Origin: Deltaproteobacteria bacterium
GTDB lineage: Bacteria > Myxococcota_A > Polyangia > Fen-1088
Assembly (NCBI GenBank): GCA_033763315.1
Contig: JANRKS010000019.1
Location: 416,001 to 480,000 of the forward strand
Length of the DNA stretch: 64,000 bases
Direction: 5' to 3'
The number at the start of each line of letters is the position of its first letter. The first letter of the stretch is position 1. Positions 9,788 to 17,932 of this stretch are shown here, piece by piece. The notes below the pieces were generated by a model, which did not search any database, was not told the origin of the DNA, and saw nothing but the letters and a program-made list of their open reading frames with translations. Made by a program: the position numbers and the translations under genes.

Positions 9788-11307
9788 AAACTGTGTTGAA
9801 ACAGAACGTGCGGCTGCGATCGCTGTGGTGGCCGGCGTGCGCGTTGGCGCTGGCTTGGCCCCGGGTGGCCACCGCCTGGGAGCCCGCCACAACGCAGGCG
9901 GGGTTGGCCGAAAAAGCAGCCGTCGCATCGAACGTTCACCAAGTGCTGGTGTCAAGCTTGCAGCGGCCGTTGGGGCTGTTCGAACCGATCGCGGTGGCGG
10001 CGAGCGAACGAGCCGCGCCGGGGCTCAAGAATCTATGGCTGCGGCTCAACGCGCTTAGCGGCGCGGAAGGTTACCGGCCGTCAGCCGCGACCGGCGCCAA
10101 TCCAGCTTTGTCGTGGATTGCGGCGGGCGCCACTGTGGAGGGCGTGCCTGCAGAGCGCGGACGGCATCACTTCTTCGATCCAATAACGGGCAAAGGACTG
10201 CACGATGACCCGGGCGTCACAGGAGGGTTTCACAGCCTGAAGTTGGCGCTGGACCAAGGAAGCGCAAGCGGCGGGCTACGTGGGCTTGCCACAGGCTCGA
10301 CATTCGATCTCACGGGCCGTCCCGCGCTTGGCTGGGTGCTGTCGGATGACAACGAGCTTGGTCTGCCTCAATTCTTGTTGGCCATGCAGGCTTCCGTGGC
10401 GGCAGAACGGCTTGACGCGCGGCAGGCCGCGTTGGCGCACGCACTCATGTGCTTGGGCGCGGTTGGTGCTGTGTTGGCGGATGTGGGCGAGCCAGCCCAC
10501 GTGCGCAATGACTTTCGTGCCGCTTTTCTCGGCGGCGGCAGCGCCGGCTCGTGGGATCAAGCCTCGGACTTCGAACGCTTCGTGGGGCGCACCTATGGCC
10601 GTGCAGGCATTCCCGATGCGTCCAGCGTGGTCACGCGCCCGTCTTTGCAGGCGTTCTTTACAGCGAACGACGGCCAAGGGTTGGCCCAGCGAACCCAATC
10701 GCAATTTTTCTCGGCTGGAACGCTGCCCCAAGACATCGTGACGGATGCGACCACCACACCCAAGGGTGTGCGTGACGAAGCCAACCAATCGTTGCTTTAC
10801 CCGCAGCCCGCCGTGGGCCGCTTGCAACTGCGAGATACGTACCGCCATTACCAAACCGTCAACGGTGTGCGGCAGCTGGCCTACCAGCGCACGGCGAACG
10901 AGGTGCACTTCTTCCTAGACGAAGCGGTTTACGCCGACGTTTCGCAAGCGTGGTTGCCCGTGGTTGCCGGTTACGTGGCTGGTCTTTATAACAACCTGCT
11001 ACGCGTCCAGGCAGACCTATCGGTTCGGAACGAAGGCGGAGGCCACAAGGTGGTAGTCACGTTGAAGGGCCTGGCTCCTGGAGCCACAGGCACGCTGCGT
11101 TTGTTCGCCGAAGAAGCGGGGGGCAAGCGCCACGAAGTGGGCTCGGCCTTGGCGATCAGCGTTTCGTCTTCGGACGCGGCTTCGACGCCGCTTTCGTTCG
11201 AGCTGCCGGCTGGCGCTTCGCGGGTGGCCGTTGCGGTGCAGGGGCAGGACGCGGCGGGCGCTTTTGTGGCGGTGGCTGAACGGGCGACGGCGCTGGGCGC
11301 TCCTTGA
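9784..11307 (+). CDS. Secreted protein with putative zinc-dependent phospholipase C / P1-nuclease-like fold, partly degenerate
   Basis: Signal peptide ending ATA-W; HHFFDP; D-x5-H in LADVGEPAHVRND; downstream FE. Confidence 0.55.
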   Translation: MKTVLKQNVRLRSLWWPACALALAWPRVATAWEPATTQAGLAEKAAVASNVHQVLVSSLQRPLGLFEPIAVAASERAAPGLKNLWLRLNALSGAEGYRPSAATGANPALSWIAAGATVEGVPAERGRHHFFDPITGKGLHDDPGVTGGFHSLKLALDQGSASGGLRGLATGSTFDLTGRPALGWVLSDDNELGLPQFLLAMQASVAAERLDARQAALAHALMCLGAVGAVLADVGEPAHVRNDFRAAFLGGGSAGSWDQASDFERFVGRTYGRAGIPDASSVVTRPSLQAFFTANDGQGLAQRTQSQFFSAGTLPQDIVTDATTTPKGVRDEANQSLLYPQPAVGRLQLRDTYRHYQTVNGVRQLAYQRTANEVHFFLDEAVYADVSQAWLPVVAGYVAGLYNNLLRVQADLSVRNEGGGHKVVVTLKGLAPGATGTLRLFAEEAGGKRHEVGSALAISVSSSDAASTPLSFELPAGASRVAVAVQGQDAAGAFVAVAERATALGAP

Positions 11308-12286
11308 GCAGCGTTAACCGCTTGCCGGTCACCACGGGCACAAAGGCGTCGTTGAGCGGCGCCACCTGGTCGTAAGCTTCTGTATCGTCTTCCGCCACGG
11401 CAGCGGCCGCCGCTTTTTGCAGGTCGGTCTGCAAGCCCGGTGATAGACGCAACGCTTCGGCCGCGGCGGCGGCGCGACCGGCTTCGTTGCCGGCTTGCTT
11501 GAGTGCACACGCGCGCCAAGCGCAAAAGCGCGCGGCTTGGGCGGCATCGTGGCCATTGTGGTTTGCCGCTTGCTCGAACCCGTGCGCGGCCAGATCCCAC
11601 GCTTCTTGTTCCATATAAGCGCGGCCGAGGTCAAACCAGGCCCATGCGTTGGTTGGATCAAGCTCAGAAGCTTTTGCAAACGCCGCGCATGCTTCGTCGA
11701 GGTGGCCATTGCGGCGCAGGGCCACGCCCAAGCTGTGGTGAAGCTCAGCTGCCTTGGGATCCTTGCGCACAACCTTGCGCGCGAGTTTTAAGGCAAATGT
11801 TGGCACCAGGGCCAATCCATCTTCCTCGAAAGCATCCATCACGAATTCGCCTTCGGAATCGTAAAGTGGCAACTCGTAGGTCACCGTGGCGGCCAACCAA
11901 TTCTCCAGCGTTGACCCTGCCAGCCACCGCTCGTCCCAGGTTGCGGGGCCTTCTTCATCAGAGAGACCACGCAAACGGATCACACGCTCGGCATCGTCGA
12001 GAACCAGCAACTCGCCCGCGGCGGTGTCACCGATCGCGAGGTCGGTTTTTGCCAAACCTTGCGGCCGCGCCGAGGTGTTGGCGTGGATGAGCGATCCGAA
12101 CTCGTTATCCAAACCATACAACCGCACGCTTTCTTGAAACAGATCGGCACCATTCCAAGACCGCAAAAACTTTTCAAGCTGCGGCGGCAATTTGCGGCCA
12201 AGCGCGCGCACGGTTTCGGCGACTTCATTCGCTGTTGCTGGAGGTCCAGTGCGAATCAAGCCGTCGGCCGCGCGCGACAGCGCCAA
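11156..12286 (-). CDS. SMI1/KNR4 domain plus TPR repeats
   Basis: E..LGRKLPPQLEKFLRSWNG, IGDTAAGE, TLENWL; TPR LGVALRRNGHLDEA..AWFDLG; may start at CTG 12310. Confidence 0.8.
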   Translation of the reverse strand: MALSRAADGLIRTGPPATANEVAETVRALGRKLPPQLEKFLRSWNGADLFQESVRLYGLDNEFGSLIHANTSARPQGLAKTDLAIGDTAAGELLVLDDAERVIRLRGLSDEEGPATWDERWLAGSTLENWLAATVTYELPLYDSEGEFVMDAFEEDGLALVPTFALKLARKVVRKDPKAAELHHSLGVALRRNGHLDEACAAFAKASELDPTNAWAWFDLGRAYMEQEAWDLAAHGFEQAANHNGHDAAQAARFCAWRACALKQAGNEAGRAAAAAEALRLSPGLQTDLQKAAAAAVAEDDTEAYDQVAPLNDAFVPVVTGKRLTLLKERPAPSPVQPPPQKRPPRPAPAPQRPPAKRQPAARTKAASKPRPKTKR

Positions 12287-12306
12287 ACGAAAGTCGTCGA
12301 AGAAAA

Positions 12307-14091
12307 TCAGCGCTTCAAAACCTCGTTCGGCACGGCTTTGCCCCTGTTTTCCAGGGTTTTTGCCAAGCGCGAACTTGTGCCAGAGGCCTTCCAGGCGCCT
12401 TCTCGGCCCTTGGCCTCGAAGACCAGCAGGTCAACAGCGTCGATGCGGCCTTCTGCAGAGACGGTGGGTTCGGCGACGCCTGAGATGCGCCAGCCGCCTT
12501 GCACCAAGCTGTTCACGTGAACCACCAAGTCGAATGCCGTGGCGATCAACTTCGCTGCAGATGCCGAGCGGAAAGAGGCGCCCGTGGCCGCTTCCAGGCG
12601 AGCCAAGGCATCGCGTGTGGAGCGCCCCGCGGCCAACACCACGGCGCCTTGTTGGCCAAACGCGCACTCGTGCAACACATCGGCCGCGATCGCCGCCGCC
12701 GTGACATCAGCGAACAGATGTTCGGCGTGAAGGTGGGCCGCCGCGTGTAGCAGGTCAGGGTTTCGAGGCTCGGTGGCCAACACCACCCAAGGCGCCTCAG
12801 GATCGGGGCTTGCCACCAATTCGCCCACGCTCACCACGCGGCTCTTGGAACTGAGTTCCTTCGCCAAAGCGCGCAAAAGCATAAGGCCTGGATCGCGATC
12901 ACCAGCAACCAAGATGTTGCAGCCTGTGGCCAACGCCGCCTGCAAAAGTGTGCGGATCTCAGGCGACAGTGCACCCGCTTGCTGCAGATCAGTGAGGTTG
13001 TCGTCGATCGCGGCGCTGCGTGTGAAAGTGGCACAAACAACGCGCGCATACGGTGGGAAGATGGCCACCAGACGCGCGCCGCCCTCCAAAGGCACATCGC
13101 AGACGCCCGAATCAACCGAGCCACCCGCACGTTCGACCAACGTCTTCAACGTCAAACCAAGCGCGCGCGCTTCGCCTTCACCCAAAGCAACATCTTCGCG
13201 TTTGCCATTGCGCTCAAGCTGAACCGATTCAGGCCCCATGAGGTAGACGGCAGACACGGTTGCATCCGCCAGCAACGCCGTGATCCAGGCCGCTGGGTTG
13301 GCGGGATTATCGAAGCGGTTGGGTGCCACGGCGCCACGTTTTTTTGTGGCGGTGACGGCGTCGCTGAGAGCGCGTTCGCGCAGGTCATCGTCGCCTTCGG
13401 GTGCGCCGGGCGCCATGGGGGCCGCCGCAGCAACCGGCGCTGCAGGGGCTGGCGGTGCCGGGGGCGCCGGCGGAGCGGTCCGCATAGGAGGTGGCGTGGG
13501 CGCCCGCGGAGGCGGCGCGGTGGCCAAGGGCTCGTCGTCGTCCAGGTCAAGCACGGTGGCTGACGGCGCCGGCGGAGGGGGCGGGGGTGGCGCAGCGAAC
13601 ATGGGCGGGTCGTTCGACGTTGGCACCATCGTGTCGCGGCGGCCAGAAGGCGGTGGCGGAGGGGGAGGGGCGCTGCGGCCGGCCTCATCAACCACAGGCA
13701 TGGCGCCGGTGGCGCGGCCCGGAGGGGGAGGCGGACGACGGCTGGCAAGCGCGGTGCTGAGCGAGCCAGCCTCGGTGCCAAGGTTTGCGGCTTCAGCCGT
13801 GGGAGCGTTTTCGATGCGGACGATGAAATCGCCCACGTAGATCTTGTCGCCGCCAAACACTTCGCTGGCGTCAGTGAGCTTGCGGCCATTGACGTATGTG
13901 CCGTTCGTGCTCTTCAAATCTTCGACAAGGAACTTATTGTCTTGGATGAAGATGCGGCAGTGACGTTTTGAAACGTTGCCCTTGGGTAGGACGATGTCGT
14001 TCCCCTGTACCCGTCCGATGCCCACTTCGTTTTTGTCGAACTGGAGCTGCTTCGTTTCGCCACCCTTTTCGGTAAGGCTCAAAATCACCAT
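12307..14091 (-). CDS. FHA domain, Pro-rich linker and catalytically degenerate CpaF/TadA-like domain
   Basis: IGRVQGNDIVL..VSKRH..STNGT; CpaF-like LLADATVSAVYLMGP..ERNGK; Walker A position reads AGDRDPGLM; start placed at ATG 14091. Confidence 0.8.
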   Translation of the reverse strand: MVILSLTEKGGETKQLQFDKNEVGIGRVQGNDIVLPKGNVSKRHCRIFIQDNKFLVEDLKSTNGTYVNGRKLTDASEVFGGDKIYVGDFIVRIENAPTAEAANLGTEAGSLSTALASRRPPPPPGRATGAMPVVDEAGRSAPPPPPPPSGRRDTMVPTSNDPPMFAAPPPPPPPAPSATVLDLDDDEPLATAPPPRAPTPPPMRTAPPAPPAPPAPAAPVAAAAPMAPGAPEGDDDLRERALSDAVTATKKRGAVAPNRFDNPANPAAWITALLADATVSAVYLMGPESVQLERNGKREDVALGEGEARALGLTLKTLVERAGGSVDSGVCDVPLEGGARLVAIFPPYARVVCATFTRSAAIDDNLTDLQQAGALSPEIRTLLQAALATGCNILVAGDRDPGLMLLRALAKELSSKSRVVSVGELVASPDPEAPWVVLATEPRNPDLLHAAAHLHAEHLFADVTAAAIAADVLHECAFGQQGAVVLAAGRSTRDALARLEAATGASFRSASAAKLIATAFDLVVHVNSLVQGGWRISGVAEPTVSAEGRIDAVDLLVFEAKGREGAWKASGTSSRLAKTLENRGKAVPNEVLKR

Positions 14092-14098
14092 GGCCGCA

Positions 14099-14127
14099 AC
14101 GCTAAGCTGAGGGTCCAGATCGGTCAA
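14099..14127 (-). promoter_or_regulatory. Sigma70 promoter predicting a leaderless mRNA
   Basis: TTGACC-17nt-TAGCGT-7nt-ATG(14091). Confidence 0.6.
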
Positions 14128-14345
14128 GGATTTTGGATGGATACGTCGCCTGAGAGCAACGCCAACAGCCCCGGACCAAACACTGTTACAATGCCTGTGA
14201 TAAACAAAACGGCCATTCCGATCGTCACGATCTTCGATGTCCCCTCAGGACGGGGCGTTGACCCAGAAGGCTTTTGCGAACGCGGGGCTCGCGTGACGGA
14301 GGTCTGCGTGGCCGGGCCAGACGGGTCGGAGGGAATGGATCGCAC
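14124..14345 (-). CDS. Small single-TM protein
   Basis: Fills the intergenic gap; TM IVTIGMAVLFITGIVTVFGPGLLALL; GATAAT-7nt-GTG start. Confidence 0.4.
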   Translation of the reverse strand: MRSIPSDPSGPATQTSVTRAPRSQKPSGSTPRPEGTSKIVTIGMAVLFITGIVTVFGPGLLALLSGDVSIQNP

Positions 14346-14370
14346 AGCTCGTATTATCTTCGGAGGCACC

Positions 14371-14997
14371 ATGCTGACAAGCACGACCTTGACCAAACGC
14401 CGCTTCGCACGTTCACTTTTGCTGGTGACAGCTGCCCTTGGCGCCATCGCTGTTCTTGTTGATGGCGACGCGCGAGCCGCCGCCGCGGGGGGAAAACACT
14501 ATTTCCAAGTTGTTGAGGTGAAAGGCGACGTGCCAGAAGCGACGCGCGGTTTGGCACGCGAGCTGCTTGAAAAGGAGCTTGCAAAGCGGGACCAATTCAC
14601 CGGCGATCTCGGCGGCGTGCCCGCATCCGGGGAAGCCTTGAAGGCCCGCGGCATGCGTGGCTTCGATGTTTCTTTGCGCTTCGAATCCACCACCAACAAG
14701 GTGGACGAGCCAAAGCCGGGAAAGCGCGGCAAGCAATTGACGGTTGGCACGCGCATCACCGTGTTTGGCAGCGAGATCCCCGACAAACGCTTGGCTTTTT
14801 CAGGCGAAGGCGAATCCACGCAGATCGCTGAAGTGGATGAACGCCGGATCGAAAAGGAAACCAAACTGATGACTTCTGAGGTGTTGGGCGATGCCATCCG
14901 GCAAGCGGTGGATCAAGCTGTGCTGAAGCTTTCAGTGTCAAAGGCGCGCGCACCCGAGCTGGCGCCCAAGAAACGCAAAACCAAGAAGGCCATTTGA
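14371..14997 (+). CDS. Exported hypothetical protein
   Basis: GGAGG SD before ATG 14371; KRRF plus hydrophobic signal ending ARA. Confidence 0.7.
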   Translation: MLTSTTLTKRRFARSLLLVTAALGAIAVLVDGDARAAAAGGKHYFQVVEVKGDVPEATRGLARELLEKELAKRDQFTGDLGGVPASGEALKARGMRGFDVSLRFESTTNKVDEPKPGKRGKQLTVGTRITVFGSEIPDKRLAFSGEGESTQIAEVDERRIEKETKLMTSEVLGDAIRQAVDQAVLKLSVSKARAPELAPKKRKTKKAI

Positions 14998-15009
14998 GGG
15001 TTCGCTTCA

Positions 15010-15708
15010 ATGAATCGAATTTTTGTTATTGGGTTCCTCGCGTTCACGCTTGTGCCCGCCTGTCGCAAAGAAGTGCCTGCCACGCCACCACCCGCAGCGG
15101 AGTCCAAGCCCGTTGAGGTCGCCAAGGACGGCGGCTGGCTGTTCACTTACGCCACGCCTGAAGGCGAGTTCTGCACCGTTGAGGCCCCGGATCAAGTGCC
15201 GGAGGTATCGCGCGGTGTGGTGCGCGCCATTAACCCCAAAGACAACCCAGCCGCGGCTCGCTCTGAGGTTTTGGTTGTTGATGTTGCGAAGCTGTTAGAC
15301 AAAGGCAAAACCCCGGCCAAACGTGTGGGACGCGATTTGTTCGAGACCCAAGCGCTGGCGTTGCTGCCACCGGGCGCTTCATCGATTTTGGCTGATCGCC
15401 CATCAGATGCCGACGGGGGCGCTGCCGACGAAACGAATAACCTCAACGGACGCCAAGCGGCGGTGATTCTTTACGGCACGAGTTGGTGCGGGGCGTGTCG
15501 CACGGCTCGCCAATACTTCATCGCGAAGAACATTCCCTTCGTCGACAAAGACGTGGAGAAAGACGCTGCGGCGGCCGATGAACTGCAGAAAAAGGCGGCT
15601 CGTCTGGGCGTGAGCACCGATCGCGTGCCCATCCTCGATGTGCGTGGCCGCCTGCTGATAGGTTTTGATCCGAAGCGTGTAGAAGCCCTTTTAGGAGACG
15701 TTATATGA
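15010..15708 (+). CDS. Glutaredoxin-domain lipoprotein
   Basis: Lipobox VPAC; YGTSWCGAC, DKDVE, VPILDV..IGFD. Confidence 0.85.
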   Translation: MNRIFVIGFLAFTLVPACRKEVPATPPPAAESKPVEVAKDGGWLFTYATPEGEFCTVEAPDQVPEVSRGVVRAINPKDNPAAARSEVLVVDVAKLLDKGKTPAKRVGRDLFETQALALLPPGASSILADRPSDADGGAADETNNLNGRQAAVILYGTSWCGACRTARQYFIAKNIPFVDKDVEKDAAAADELQKKAARLGVSTDRVPILDVRGRLLIGFDPKRVEALLGDVI

Positions 15709-16505
15709 ATCGCCGCCCTCTCGTGTTTGCCAGCAGCTTGTGTGCCGGCCTGCTTTGCGCCTCGCAGGCAGACGCCAAACTTCTCGATGTCTACGGCTCC
15801 ACGAAGATGGGATACATCACGGGGCGGGGCACCAACACGTTAAACCCAAACGCTTCGGATTATTTCGACATCGAAAAGGGTCCGGCCTTCGGCTTCGAGG
15901 TGGGCGCCGAGATCTTGTTTTTGGATTTCATGATCAACGGCACGCGGATCTTTGATCAAGCGGCCGACAGCCGCGGCGAAGACGGTGCCGGATATTTCTT
16001 TCAATTCCTCACCGGAATCGATGGCGATTTCGCGGTAGGCGAGGGCGACGACCCTTCTACATTCTTGCGTGTGGGCGTCAACGGCGGCGCTGCCTTGGGC
16101 ACGCACCGGAAAGTCAAAGCGCCATTGGACAACGCCCAAGTCTCGGACAAGGGCTTTGTTGCCAACGGCGTGGTGGCCTTGGATTACCACCTGGGAAAGC
16201 TGTTCGTGGTCGGCGTTGAGCTGATGCCCGGTTACCACTATTTCTTTCCGGGCGGCGACAGCGACAAGAACCAAAGCCTCAACGGCGACGATCAATCAAA
16301 AGGCATGCACGTGATGGGCATGGCCTTCCTGCAGTTTCACCTCGATCCCCTCAGCTGGGCCGACGATCCGGATAAGCGAAGGCCGGATCCGCGTCCAGCG
16401 ACGTATGCAGAACCCCCGGTTCCCACACCGCCGAAGCCGAAAACGCAGGCGCAGACGGTGGAAGATGACGATGACGATGACGACGCTGTTTCGCCCGCGA
16501 AATGA
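15705..16505 (+). CDS. Probable outer-membrane beta-barrel protein with Pro/Asp-rich tail
   Basis: Signal peptide ending ADA; alternating amphipathic strands; ATGA overlap with the upstream gene. Confidence 0.6.
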   Translation: MNRRPLVFASSLCAGLLCASQADAKLLDVYGSTKMGYITGRGTNTLNPNASDYFDIEKGPAFGFEVGAEILFLDFMINGTRIFDQAADSRGEDGAGYFFQFLTGIDGDFAVGEGDDPSTFLRVGVNGGAALGTHRKVKAPLDNAQVSDKGFVANGVVALDYHLGKLFVVGVELMPGYHYFFPGGDSDKNQSLNGDDQSKGMHVMGMAFLQFHLDPLSWADDPDKRRPDPRPATYAEPPVPTPPKPKTQAQTVEDDDDDDDAVSPAK

Positions 16506-16540
16506 AAGAAAGCCCCTTGCGAGTTCGCAGGGGCTTCTTT
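16505..16540. terminator. Bidirectional intrinsic terminator
   Basis: AAGAAAGCCCC..GGGGCTTCTTT between convergent genes. Confidence 0.8.
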
Positions 16541-16558
16541 GGTTCCGGAGCCTAATCG

Positions 16559-17932
16559 CTAAACGAGCAGTTCGTTTATGGGCCCGGTGGAATCGGCGTG
16601 ATTTTTGTTTATGCCGAAGGCACGTAAGAACGTGGTGAACAGGTCTGACTGTTTTCGCGTGTCGAATTTCCAGTATTGACCTGTTTTTAGTTTGCCGCCC
16701 GCGCTGCCGCCCACCACAACGGGATAGTTGTTATGTGCATGGTCACCCATCGCGACGTCTGATGATATGTAGACCACCGAGTTGTCGAGCAGCGTCTTGC
16801 CGCCGCCTTCGTCGATCTTGTCCAGCATGCCTAGGAACGAGGCATATGTATCAAAGGTGAACTTATCGATCTTGCGCAGCTTGGTGAGCTTTGATTCATC
16901 ACCGCCGTGGTGAGAGATGATGTGGTGTTGCACGTCCGCGCTGTAAGGCTGCGAGGGATCGCCAATGCCAAGGAAACCGTAGCTCTGGTTCGAGAACCCG
17001 GCGCCCAACATGTACGTGACCACGCGCGTGAGATCACACTCAAGCGCCATCGCGATCATCTGGTACCAGCCTTTTTGCCAGTCACCGTAATAATTGGTGT
17101 TCGGCACGCGCACGGGTGCCGCATACCGTTTGCCGCATCCGGCGGCTCCCGTGCCGCCCCCAGAAGTTGAGCCCACCCGCTTTTCAAGCGCTGACACGCC
17201 CGACATGAAGCGGTCCAGCTTCACCTGATCTTCGGCACCCAGCTTGTTTTTCAAGCTGTTGGCTTCCGCTAAGTTGGCATCGAGCACGCTCTTTTTGTAT
17301 TTGGCGCGTTTGATTTGATCCGTGTTTGAGGCCACCGGATCGGAACCGGAGAACAGGTTCGCGAATTCTTTGTCTGGCCCTTGGCGAAACGGCAGCTGCT
17401 TGGTCTTGGATTCCCACGAAACCGAGTTGATGTACGCGAGGCTCACTCCGAAGTCGCCCGCGCCACCGCCGCCTTGGCCCACGGTGCCGGCCCAACCCAC
17501 ATTGAGGTAAGGAAACTTCGTCGGCTGCGTTCCCAAATTTTGCACGAGCAACTGATCGATTGATGGGCCACCCGCCTCGATGTCGTTGCCCACGGTTTGT
17601 TTGGCGCGCAAATTCGTCATGAACGACGCCGTTCCGTTGGCGTGATCGCCGGGGAACTTGCCCACGCTGTTATCGAGGTGCATCGGCAGCGCCACTTTCG
17701 CGCGCAGCGGCTGCAAGGCCGCCAACGAGGGTGGCATCGTGTAATCAGCGCCCGTCTTGTTTGGAAAGATCGAATCCCAGACGAAGCCGTTGGGGCTAAA
17801 GATGAAAACCGCTCGTTGGATCGGGCCCGCGGCCATCGCGCGCTTGGGCACCAGGGATTCCAAGAAGGGCAGGGGTAAGATGGTGCCAGCACCACCCAGG
17901 AAGGCACGTCGGGACAACGGACGCCACTTCAT
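16559..17932 (-). CDS. DUF1552 (HXXSHH) family protein
   Basis: SRRAFLGG..LPLPFLESL, PNG, SIDQ, CDLTRV, HHIISHH. Confidence 0.92.
   Translation of the reverse strand: MKWRPLSRRAFLGGAGTILPLPFLESLVPKRAMAAGPIQRAVFIFSPNGFVWDSIFPNKTGADYTMPPSLAALQPLRAKVALPMHLDNSVGKFPGDHANGTASFMTNLRAKQTVGNDIEAGGPSIDQLLVQNLGTQPTKFPYLNVGWAGTVGQGGGGAGDFGVSLAYINSVSWESKTKQLPFRQGPDKEFANLFSGSDPVASNTDQIKRAKYKKSVLDANLAEANSLKNKLGAEDQVKLDRFMSGVSALEKRVGSTSGGGTGAAGCGKRYAAPVRVPNTNYYGDWQKGWYQMIAMALECDLTRVVTYMLGAGFSNQSYGFLGIGDPSQPYSADVQHHIISHHGGDESKLTKLRKIDKFTFDTYASFLGMLDKIDEGGGKTLLDNSVVYISSDVAMGDHAHNNYPVVVGGSAGGKLKTGQYWKFDTRKQSDLFTTFLRAFGINKNHADSTGPINELLV

Noticed and set aside
8714-9955. Long antisense or alternate-frame ORFs (also 24755-26179, 36782-37804, 46439-47374, 53630-54568)
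   Set aside because: Shadow ORFs opposite well-supported genes, typical of high-GC DNA, with no recognisable motifs
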